A program made the translations under genes and the position numbers. 64,000 nt of DNA from Octopus sinensis (lineage: Eukaryota): positions 10,044,001 through 10,108,000 of the forward strand of contig NC_043017.1 in the NCBI RefSeq assembly GCF_006345805.1, in the 5' to 3' direction. Of this stretch, positions 1 to 10,521 are shown piece after piece; position 1 is the stretch's first letter; every line of letters starts with the position of its first letter. The notes beneath the pieces are model-generated. The model was not told where the DNA came from. It ran no database searches and saw only the letters and a program-made list of their open reading frames with translations.

Positions 1-270
1 CACTAACACACATACATATATATACGACGGGCTTCTTTCAGTTTCCATCTACCAAATCCACTCACAAGGCTTTGGTCAACCCAAGGCTATAGTAGGAGAC
101 ACTTGCCCAAGGTGCTACACAGTGGGACTGAACCCGCAACCATGTGGTTGGGAAGCAAGCTTCTTACCACACAGACACTCCTAGGCTTCTTCCAGTTTCC
201 ATCTACCAAATCCACTCACAAGGCTTTGGTCAACCCAAGGCTATAGTAGGAGACACTTGCCCAAGGTGCC
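1..270 (-). mobile_element. tRNA-derived SINE family A fragments with partial tandem duplication
   Basis: Matches the consensus seen at 9071-9446 and 37784-38158. Confidence 0.8.
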
Positions 271-756
271 ATGACGATCATGATGGTGATGATGGTGATT
301 GCAGTTATTGTTACTGTTACATCTGTTAACAATAATAATGATGACGGCTGACAGTAGTGGCAGTGATGGAAATAGTGATGACAGCAACTATAGCAATAAC
401 AACGGTGGTACATTTCGTCTGTCGTTACATTCTGAGTTCAAATTCCGCCGAGGTCGACTTTGCCTTTCATCCTTTCGAGGTCGATAGAGAAAGTACCAGT
501 TTCGCACTGGGGTCGATGTAATCGACTTAATCCATTTGTCTGTCCTTGTTTGTCCCCTCTATGTTTAGCCCCTTGTGGGCAATAAAGAAATACATATGTG
601 TGCCTCTGTGTGTGTGTGTGTGTGTGTGTGTGTAGGGGTGGGGACTATTTTGTTTTTGTTATTGTTGTTTATATTGAATATGAAACTGTTTATCTTTTTA
701 TTTAATTTTGTTTACAGTTCAGTTGGTTTGTTTGTTTATTGTTGTTGTTGCTGCTG

Positions 757-1486
757 TGTGTGTGTGTAAGCAAGTGTGTGTGTATAAGAGAAAGAAAAAG
801 TGTGTATGTGCATTTGTGAAAGAGCGTGTGTATATGAAAGAAAGAGGAGTGTGTGTGTGTGTGTGTAAGCAAGTGTGTGTATATAAGAGAAAGAAAAAGT
901 GTGTATGTGTGCATGTGTAAAAGAGCGTGCGTATATGAAAGAAAGAGTAGTGTGTGTGTGTGTGTTGTGGGTGTAAGCAAGTGTGTGTATATAAGAGAAA
1001 GAAAAAGTGTGTGTGTGCATGTGTAAAAGAGCGTGTGTATATGAAAGAAAGAGGAGTGTGTGTGTGTGTGTGTGTAAGCAAGTGTGTGTATATAAGAGAA
1101 AGAAAAAGTGTGTGTGTGCATGTGTAAAAGAGCGTGTGTATATGAAAGAAAGAGGAGTGTGTGTGTGTGTGTGTGTAAGCAAGTGTGTGTATATGAGAGA
1201 AAGAAAAAGTGTGTGTGTGCATGTGTAAAAGAGCGTGCGTATATGAAAGAAAGAGGAGTGTGTGTGTGTGTGTGTTGTAAGCAAGGTGTGTATATGAGAG
1301 AAAGAAAAAGTGTGTGTGTGCATGTGTAAAAGAGTGTGCGTATATGAAAGAAAGAGGAGTGTGTGTGTGTGTGTGTGTGTAAGCAAGTGTGTGTATATGA
1401 GAGAAAGAAAAAGTGTGTGTGTGCATGTGTAAAAGAGTGTGCGTATATGAAAGAAAGAGGAGTGTGTGTGTGTGTGTGTGTGTGTG
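757..1486. repeat. Minisatellite, seven ~100-bp units with variable (TG)n
   Basis: TAAGCAAG at about 767, 866, 974, 1075, 1176, 1278, 1380. Confidence 0.9.
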
Positions 1487-1792
1487 CAGTTTTTAGATCC
1501 AACAGCCCACCCTTCCCAACAGGTTGTATCATCTCGATTAAATCAGATACCAGAGTGTGTGTGTATATGTGTATGTATACAAGCATGTGTGTGTGTGTGT
1601 GTGTATGCGTGTGCGCATGTTTATGTGCATACCCAATCTAATAACCCTTCACTGTCCACCCTTCTAAACAAGGGTGTGTCGTCTCAATAACACGAGACAC
1701 TTGAGTGTGGGTGTGTGCACATGTGTGCAAACACTGACTCCCTCCTAACCACCTCCACCCTCACTCTCCCAAAAAAACAAAATACACAAATC

Positions 1793-1989
1793 ATGATGAT
1801 GATGACGACGACGATGATGATGATGGTGGTGATGATGATGATGATGATGATAATGGTAATAATGATGATGATGACGATGATAATGATGATGGTAATGATG
1901 ATGATAATGATGATGATGATGATGGTGATGGTGATGGTGATGGTGATGATGATGATGATGATGATAATGGTAATAATGATGATGATGAC
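1793..1989. repeat. (GAT/GGT/AAT)n microsatellite
   Basis: Direct inspection. Confidence 0.9.
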
Positions 1990-2315
1990 AATAATTATTA
2001 CAAGGAGGATACAAAACAAACATTAGCTACTTTCACTATCGATGAAAGACATTGATGATAATGTGATTTTTAATGGTTGTAGCAGTGACTGCACTGGTGT
2101 TAGATGGCAGAAGTGATGGTAGTGAAGGTGGTGGTATAGCCACAGGTCATCCCCGGTCAAGTAGGACCTTGATCAGATGTGTTCCAACTATGACCATCCT
2201 ATGTTCTTATGTCCACCTTAAAATTTAATATAGATTTTTAAATGTAAGAATCCCTCTTGCATAATTAATTTATCAATCATGTTAATTAATATATATATAT
2301 ATACATATGTGTATA

Positions 2316-2710
2316 TCATCATCATCATCATCATCATCATTTAGCGTCCGCTTTCCATGCTAGCATGGGTTGGACGGGTCAACTGGGGTCTGTGAAGCTG
2401 GAAGGCTTTGTCAGGCCCAGTCAGATCTAGCAGTGTTTCTACGGCTGGATGCCCTTCCTAACACCAACCACTTCGCGAGTGTAGTGGGTGTTTTTTACGT
2501 GCCACCTGCACAGGTACCAGACAGAGCTGGCGAATGGCCACGAACGGATGGTGCTTTTACGTGTCACCGGCACGGGGCCAGGCGATGCTGGCAACGGACA
2601 CGAACGGATGGTGCTTTTACGTGCCACCGACACGGGGCCAGACAGAGCTGGCAAACGGCCACGAACGGACGGTGCTTTTACGTGTCACCGGCACGGGGGC
2701 CAGCCGAGGC
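2316..2710 (-). mobile_element. Retroposon family C, (GAT)n-tailed, with ~60-bp 5' tandem monomers
   Basis: Core GGTTGG(C/T)GTTAGGAAGGGCATCCAGC; GTG(C/T)TTTTACGTG repeated at about 2489, 2551, 2611, 2672; other copies at 23258-23702, 23985-24325, 39855-40118, 41340-41745, 43380-43623, 53905-54235. Confidence 0.78.
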
Positions 2711-2751
2711 TGATATATATATACACACATATATATACATATATACATATG

Positions 2752-2884
2752 TTAGATAATAGATAGATAGATAAGTAGGTAGGTAGGTAGATAGCTAGCT
2801 AGCTAGCTAGATAGATAGATAGATAGATGTGTAGGTTGTTAGGTAGGTAGGTAGGTAGGTATCTAGATAGATAGATAGATAGAT
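2752..2884. repeat. (GATA)n/(GGTA)n/(GCTA)n compound microsatellite
   Basis: Direct inspection. Confidence 0.9.
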
Positions 2885-3833
2885 ATTTGTTTGTGACATT
2901 TATCTATAGACTTATTTAAGCTTTTTTTTAACAGATTTTAAAATTTGATTCTGAAATTGTTAGTGATTCTCTGCTGATGTATTTCATATCGTTTTGTTTT
3001 GTACTTGTGTAAGTTATTTCATCGGATGAAGATAGTTTTTAGGTGAGTGGTATGACTTAGCCTGGAAATTTTATAATATAGGGTAAATATGTTTGCATTT
3101 GTGCAGGCCCTTGTCAGAGGGTGTTGTACTCTTGCCACAACATGTATATAGATGTGTGTGCATGTGTGTGTTTGTCCCCACAGCCTTGTTGAAACCCCGG
3201 CAAGGGCAACTGGAACAGCATTAAATCAAAACCCCATTTGTACATAACAGTGTTTACCCTTCTGATCCCGACCTCTTTGAACCTGCTCATAGTTTTGTAA
3301 TATAAAATTCCTATTTTAAAATGATGTTAACCCCTTGCAGACAGAGTTAGAACTCACAGTCTCTGCAACGTACTGGTATTAGGCCATTCAGTAAAGCGGC
3401 GAACTGGCAGAAACATTAGCACGCCGAGTGAAATACTTAGCGGTATTTTGTCTGTCTTTACATTGTGAGTTCAAATTCTACTGAGGTCGACTTTGCCTTT
3501 CATTCTTTTGGGGTCGATAAATTAAGCACCAGTTGCGTACTGGGGTTGATCTATTTGACTGAACCCCTTCCCAAAAATTTAGGGCCTTGTGCCTAGAGTA
3601 GAAAAGGTATTAGAGGCCCTTCAGACTCTACACAATTTTTCATATAAAGAATTCTACAGTGTGTTTAGAGATTCTTTTCAGTGTGGTAGATTTGAAAACA
3701 CCAAAGTAATTTTACTTTCAATAAAATGAAATATTGAATCCCCCACCCCTGCTGAATCTAATAACCACAGATGTTTGATTTCTACTGTACTTGAATAGAT
3801 TACATAAATAATTAAATATTACCAAAAATTATA

Positions 3834-4036
3834 TTTCGTTTTTGGATTTGGCTTGCAAGATTCTTTATGTGAGTTCATGTGTTGAAGCATATTCTGTTAT
3901 GTCTTGGGAGAGTCATTTTCTTTTGGTGCCTTATATTTTAACACACTCACCGGTAAAATTTCCACTTATTTCTTATTTTTATTTTCCTTAAATTTTCATT
4001 GCGTCTTGCAACTTTTTCAATAGTCTTGAGTCAAGA
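3834..4036 (-). mobile_element. Interspersed repeat fragment with a U3-A8 hammerhead-like core
   Basis: Minus strand: CTA-TTGAAAA-A-GTTGC[AAGAC]GCAAT-GAAA-ATTT; terminal palindrome TCTTGA-G-TCAAGA. Confidence 0.4.
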
Positions 4037-4485
4037 TGTACATAGAGATACGTATATACACACACACACACACACACTCATGTATACATACACATACATA
4101 TACACATGCACATACACAAACACACACACATGCATGTATATAATACATATATATGCATAATACACATAAGCAGACACATACTTACATGTGCACACATGTA
4201 TAAATGTGTGCGTGTGTGTGTGTGTGTGTGCGTGTGTGTGGTGTGTGTGTGTGTGTGTGTGGAGTAAATTGAAAGAAAATAATGTTGCTAAATGCTGCAG
4301 AAGTTTTAGTTGTTATTGATTTCGATAAGTTGTTGCCATGGTGTGCAGTTGCTGGTGCACAAGTGCACAGAACTGCACAGAATGCAACTCACCATCACCC
4401 TCACCCAGACTCTGGGACACCTTCCTTTCTCATCACCAGTTTTCTTATTAGTTATTGGAGACATTATTGCATTTCATTCAATATG

Positions 4486-5732
4486 GTGATTACAATCATG
4501 ATGATGATGATGATGATGGTGATAGTGATGGGGACAATGGCGATGACAATGATAGCGATGCGATGAAGATAATGACAGGGATGGGCATAGTAACTGCGAT
4601 GGTGGTGGCGGCAGCGTTGGCGGCGGCAGCGGTGGTGATGGTAATGATGATGATGATGATGAGGCTTGTATTGATGACAATGATAGTGCTGGTGGTACTA
4701 ATAATGGCGATGAATACGAAGGTGGTGATGCTGACAGTGATGGTTGTGGAAGTAATGTTGGGGATGATGATGATGATGATGGCAATAGTGATGGTGGGGG
4801 GTGAGGATGGTGATGGCGATGGTAGTGGTGGTAGTGGTGATGATGGTGGTGATGGTAATGGTAGTGATGATGATGATGATGGTGGTGATGGTAATGGTAG
4901 TAGTGGTGGTGGCTATTGTAACAGTGATGATGATGATGGTGGTGGTGATGGTAGCCATAGTAACAGTGAGGGTGATGGTGACATGACAGCGATGATGATG
5001 GCTCAGACGTTGACAGCAATGATGCCAATGACAAAGACAGTGGTAGACATGGTGGTCATGGTGGTAACGCTGATGATGATGATGAGGGTGGTGGTGGTGG
5101 TGGTGGTAGTGTAGCAGCTGTGATGAGAAGCGGTAACACAATAGCAATGAGATTGATGGTGGTGGTGGTGGTGGTGGTGGCGACAGGAATGATGATAATG
5201 GCAGGGATGCTGAAAGCAATGCTGCTGCTGCTGATGATGATGGTGATGATTGTGATGGTGAGTGTGAAGAAGAAAAATGTCTTAAGCTCTATTGACTAAG
5301 CTACAAGAGTAGACAGTTGGGTGCCAGTAATAGTGGTGATAATGATAAGGGTGGTGGTGGTGGTGGTGGTGACAGTAGTGATGATGATGATGATTATGAT
5401 GATGATGATGATGATGATGATGACGATGATATTGGTGATGATGATTATGCTGGTCGTAATGATGATGATGGTTATGGTGAACATGATGATGATGATGATA
5501 TTGGTGATGATGATGATGGTGAACATGATGATGATGATGATGATGGTGAACATGATGATGATGATGATGATATTGGTGATGATGATTATGCTGGTCATAA
5601 TGATGATGATGATGATGGTGATTATGCTGGTCGTAATGATGATGATGATGGTGATGGTGAACATGATGATGATGATGATGATATTGGTGATGATGATTAT
5701 GCTGGTCATAATGATGATGAAGATGCTGATAT
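4486..5732. repeat. Degenerate (GAT/GGT)n region; 5390-5730 has higher-order units
   Basis: GATATTGGTGATGATGATTATGCTGGTC and GGTGAACAT recur between (GAT)n runs. Confidence 0.85.
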
Positions 5733-6480
5733 TATCTTATTCAGAAACAGATAAGATTTGGTGACAGGAAGTGCATCCAGGAATAGAAAATGCGTCTCAA
5801 CGAATTCTGTTTGAGCCATGGAAGCATGGAAAACTGGACATTAAAATCATGAGGATTATAGTAATATATAAATAATTGTCATGGTAGGTTGCTAGAAATA
5901 GCAGCCAAAAGTATTTGGTTGTATTCTCATTCCAAACTGTTTTAAAACCCTGTGATGTAACCACGGGATCCTCAACTGCATGGTTCTGGATTTGGTACCA
6001 CTGTGTGGCACTTTGAGCAAGTCTCTTCCACCATAACTTCAGGCTGACCAAAGCCTTGTGAGTGGATTCATTCATTCATGTAAAATTCATTGAGTGGTGC
6101 TCCAGCATGGCTGCAGTCTAATGACTGAAACAAGTAAAAATATAAATCACACACACACTGTATTAGTTATTGCAAGAATATAAGGCATCAGTTGATTTAT
6201 TTGCTCCTGGATGCAATATGAAAAGCCAGAGAGAAAGGCTTCAATACATCTTATGATATCATGCTGTAACTTAACACCTTTAGCATAATTGATTTTCAAT
6301 CAAGTAATCCCTGTGATGTATCAGCTACCCTTTGATAATTGTTTGTGGATGAATAGCCTGGAACATGGTGTAGTGAAGGAGAGAGATTGGGGGAGCGAAA
6401 AAGAGAGGAGGGCAAGCTTCTTGGTGGAGGGAGAGAATTCTTTTCAGCAAATTTTATTTGGATTATAAATACTGTATCAT

Positions 6481-6905
6481 AAGCTGGTGAGTTGGCAGAA
6501 TGGTTAGCATGCTGGGCGAAATGCTTAGTGGCATTTCGTCTGCCGCTACATTCTGAGTTCAAATTCCACTGAGGTTGACTTTGCCTTTCATCCTTTCGGC
6601 ATTGAGTAAATAAGTACCAGTTATGCACTGGGGTTGATATAATCGACTTAATCCGTTTGTCTGTCCTTGTTTGTCCTCTCTGTGTTTAGCCCCTTGTGGG
6701 TAATAAAGAAATAGGTGTTTCGTCTGCCGCTACGTTCTGAGTTCAAATTCCGCCCAGGTTGACTTTGCCTTTCATCCTTTTGGGGTCGATTAAATAAGTA
6801 CCAGTTACGCACTGGGGTCGATATAATCGACTTAATCCGTTTGATTTAATCGACTTAATCCCTCCCCCCAAATCTGAGGCCTTGTGCTTCCTGTAGAAAG
6901 GATTA
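6481..6905 (+). mobile_element. SINE family B (GCCTTTCATCCTTTCGGGGTCGATAAA central domain, possibly Nin/Deu-like), one head plus two bodies
   Basis: Head GG(C/T)GAGTTGGCAGAA; body restarts near 6715. Confidence 0.8.
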
Positions 6906-8240
6906 TAAGAGGCATGGATTAGTGGTTAGGATATTTGGCTCATGATCATAAGGCCGTGAGTTCAATTCACAGTGGCATGTTGTGTCCTTGAGCAAGACAC
7001 TTTATTTCACTTTATTGCTCCAGTCCACTCAGCTGGCAAAAATGAGTTGTACCTGTAATTCAAAAGGCCTACCTTGTTGCATTCTGTGTCATGCTGAATC
7101 TCCCTTACAACTACATTAAGGGTACATGTGGGGTACCCAGCCACTTTCCTGTTCATTTCACAAGCAGGCTTTTGCTATTTTTTAAAAACCTTTTCCTGTG
7201 CATCCTCCATGTGCTGTTGGTGCAGTTTTGGTTACTTTCCTGATGTGTTGTAGTGCACCTGAGCACTGTATACAATAAGTTCATTTTCCATTTTCCTTGT
7301 TAAGAAAAACTGAAACCCTTGTCATCGTAACTGACGGAGTGAAGACTGTGTGTAAGAGAGGAAAGCGAAATAGCAAAACAAACTTCCATGTAACCTGAAA
7401 ACAACCAGAGCATGAAATTTGGGGGCAAGGTCAAACACGAGCCCTGTGACTTCCCAAAATTCTTCAAAGTGTCCTTCATTTCCAGTCTAGAAGAATATGG
7501 GGCCATTGTTTTCATGGTCCCACCACTAATGTGCAATTAAAAAATGAGTCCACTTTAAATGCAATCAAACACACAAATATGCATACATGCAGACACACAC
7601 ATACATAGTGACACATACACATGCATACATATATATATGTATGTGTATACACACACGCACAGGCACACATGCACACACATGCACAGGCGCACATGCACAC
7701 ACACGCAACAGTTTTCTTTTAGTTTCTGTTTACCAAATTCATTCACAAGGCTTTGGTAGGATTTGAACACAGAACACAAGGAGCAAAAAGAAACAGTTAA
7801 AACTCTGCCTGCTCACCTCGTAACTAAATACTACACTCCACTTTGTCAGCCAATGTGTGAGATATGACCTTCACTGACTTCATGGAAGCAATCAGGATTT
7901 CTAATAAACTGGGTAGAAAACTAGAGGATTTGGTGGTGGGGTGGGGATGCAGGGGAAGTGAAAAGGATGTACTTGATTTTATCAACACCAGTACTTCACT
8001 GATACTGACTGTATGGAAGCCCAATAGTGCAACATGAAAGTTGTGTCTGTTCTATGTGTTGATAAAGATCCTAATATGCTGTCAATCGAGCTTCCATGTT
8101 CTGAGCCTGTTGGTTGAGCACTGATGAGCTTTTCTCCTCTTTGAGTTTCCACCACTGTTCACTTATCTGCTCACCTATGTAACATGCTGTCTGTCCAGTG
8201 TACGTTGTTGTCCTGTTTTCTACACCAGTGGTAGTTATAA

Positions 8241-8810
8241 GGTGGCGAGCTGGCAGAATCGTTAGCACGTCGGGCAAAATGCTTAGCGGTATTTCATCTG
8301 CCACTACATTCAGAGTTCAAATTCTGCCGAGGTTGACTTTGCCTTTCATCATTTCAGGGTCAATTAAATAAGTACCAGTTATGCACTGGGGTCGATATAA
8401 TCGACTTAATCCGTTTGTCTGTCCTTGTTTGTCCTCTCTGTGTTTAGCCCCTTGTGGGTAGTAAAGAAATAGGTATTTCGTCTGCCGCTACGTTCAGAGT
8501 TCAAATTTCGCCGAGGTCGACTTTGCCTTTCATCCTTTCGGGGTCGATTAAATAAGTACCAATTACGCAGTGGGGTCGATATAATCGACTTAATCCGTTT
8601 GTCTGTCCTTGTTTGTCCTCTCTGTGTTTAGCCCCTTGTGGGTAGTAAAGAAATAGGTATTTCGTCTGCTGCTACGTTCAGAGTTCAAATTTCGCCAAGG
8701 TCGACTTTGCCTTTCATCCTTTCGGGGTCGATTAAATAAGTACCAGTTACGCACTGGGGTCGATATAATCGACTTAATCCGTTTGTCAAATCCGTAGTAA
8801 AGAAATAGGT
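8241..8810 (+). mobile_element. SINE family B, one head plus three tandem 184-bp bodies
   Basis: GGTATTTC restarts at 8288, 8472 and 8656. Confidence 0.85.
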
Positions 8811-8950
8811 AGTTATAACAAGGGAAGATGTAGTCTGCTTAAAATTACAAATTCGCTTGTTACTGTGGACGCAACACTAATATATCTGTGGCTTTTGACT
8901 GGCTAAAAGTACCCAAAATTTGCAAATATTAAATGCTATATAACTTATTA

Positions 8951-9596
8951 TGGAGATGTACTTGCATAGCAAGTAACTTGATCTGAGATCGTGTGCTGAA
9001 ACAAAAACAATTGCAGCGTGGAAGGTGTTTATAAGCCATTTAAAAACACACAAAAACCGATAGATTCACTTACTCTTTTACTCTTTTACTTGTTTCAGTC
9101 ATTTGACTGCGGCCATGCTGGAGCACCGCCTTTAGTCGAGCAAATCGCCCCCGGGACTTATTCTTTGTAAGCCCAGTACTTATTCTATCAGTCTCTTTTG
9201 CCGAACCGCTAAGTGACGGGGACGTAAACACACCAGCATCGGTTGTCAAGCAATGCTAGGGGGACAAACACAGACACACACATATATATATACATATATA
9301 TGACAGGCTTCTTTCAGTTTCCATCTAGCTTTGGTCGGCCCGGGGCTATAGCAGAAGACACTTGCCCAAGATGCCACGCAGTGGGACTGAACCCGGAACC
9401 ATGTGGTTGGTTAGCAAGCTACTTACCACACAGCCACTCCTGCGCCTTCAACATTTAAATTTAATTTGTCAAAATATTTTCGTCGCTTTGAAACCGCGAC
9501 CTGTTCACTGATGAAGATATTTTGACAAATAAGATTTAAATGTTGAAGTGAATCTAATGGTTTTTGTGTGCTTTTAAATGGCTTATAAACACCTTC
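8951..9596. mobile_element. Fold-back repeat with a G3-C8 hammerhead-like core at its centre, interrupted by a SINE
   Basis: Arm 9021-9071 plus 9447-9480 is the reverse complement of 9511-9596; minus-strand GTGAACA-G-GTCGC...GCGAC-GAAA-ATAT-TT. Confidence 0.6.
9071..9446 (-). mobile_element. tRNA-derived SINE family A (CORE-like centre), near full length
   Basis: Head GGCGCAGGAGTGGCTGTGTGGTAAG, B-box-like GGTTCAGTCCC, CTTGGGCAAGTG core, (GAGTAAAA)n tail; many copies in window. Confidence 0.85.
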
Positions 9597-10224
9597 TGAA
9601 ATTATTAATTTATTATTTCTTAATCTATTGCAAAAATGAATTTCATTTCCGCGATTAACAACAACAAAAAAAAAGAAAAAAACATTAGTACAACGAATGT
9701 GAAAATAGTTGGAACAAAATAAAGCAGAAAAGATTCGTTCTTCCTTCGTAGATCGTGATTTTAGGATTTGGTTACTATTTCTAGCTGGTTGGACGATCAT
9801 GAGTTGGGTGGGGTGGGGTAGTTCTCTTCCATTTCGGTATGAAGTTTTAAAACGACAGGGAACGGGTAGATATAAAGAAATGGGGACGAATGAAGAGAGA
9901 GAGAGACAGACAGACAGAGAGGGGGAGGGAGAGAGAGGGAGGGGAGAGAGAGTAAGCCAGGAAGACGGAGGGAGGAAGAGGGAGTGGGAGAGAGTGTAAG
10001 AGATGGAGCGAGAGGGAGTGGGAGAGAGTGTAAGAGATGGAGCGAAGGAGAGAGAAAAAGAAAGCGCGGAAAGATAGAGAAAGTGAGTGAAAGAGAGAAG
10101 AGTAAGAAAGAGAGATAGAAACAGAGTAAGGTCGGGGAGGGAGGGTGACGAGAGGTTAAAGACGGGAAAGGCGTGGATTCCCAGGAAAAAAAGAACAAAA
10201 CAAACAAAAAAAAAACTGAAGTGC

Positions 10225-10234
10225 GTCACGTGAT
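10225..10234 (+). promoter_or_regulatory. CLEAR-like palindromic E-box GTCACGTGAT (MiT/TFE site candidate)
   Basis: 9/10 match to GTCACGTGAC about 80 bp upstream of the ATG of a lysosomal hydrolase; second E-box GTCACATG at 10262-10269. Confidence 0.55.
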
Positions 10235-10313
10235 AGATGTGTCATAGTTGTTGTCCCCAGAGTCACATGGGTCGAGGTTAAAGAGAACTTCTCTTCAAGC
10301 AATAAACACAACG

Positions 10314-10521
10314 ATGGCATTTAGCTGGCGAATTACGGGTTTAATATGGGTGTCTCTACTCTTAATATTATCAAATGGCCCAATTGGTTCTAGTGCTGAT
10401 GGCAATAATGGTCATAATGTTCGACAGTCGGTTCCTTTTACCGAGAAGTATATGGAGCAGTATGTGGACCATATAAATTTCGTCAATAACAAGACTTTCT
10501 TTCAAAGATATTTAGTTCAGG
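10314..10521 (+). CDS. DPP7: DPP7-like exon 1 ([20 protein letters not shown]...[18 protein letters not shown]), signal peptide
   Basis: ATG at 10314; hydrophobic N-terminus; DH..TF.QRY S28 motif; donor G|gtaagt, phase 1. Confidence 0.9.

Noticed and set aside
702-1586. Long His/Thr-rich ORFs of up to 294 aa
   Set aside because: Translations of a ~100-bp (TG)-rich minisatellite, open in several frames, with no splice or domain support
4455-5764. Asp-rich, Met-rich and His-rich ORFs resembling acidic biomineralisation or metal-binding proteins
   Set aside because: (GAT/GGT)n microsatellite open in several frames on both strands; no signal peptide or credible exon boundaries
9423-10229. 268-aa minus-strand ORF opposite the DPP7 promoter
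   Set aside because: Non-ATG start, dominated by (CT)-rich low-complexity sequence and repeat remnants
10248-10313. Upstream in-frame TTG start extending DPP7
   Set aside because: Non-ATG start; the ATG at 10314 is directly followed by a signal peptide
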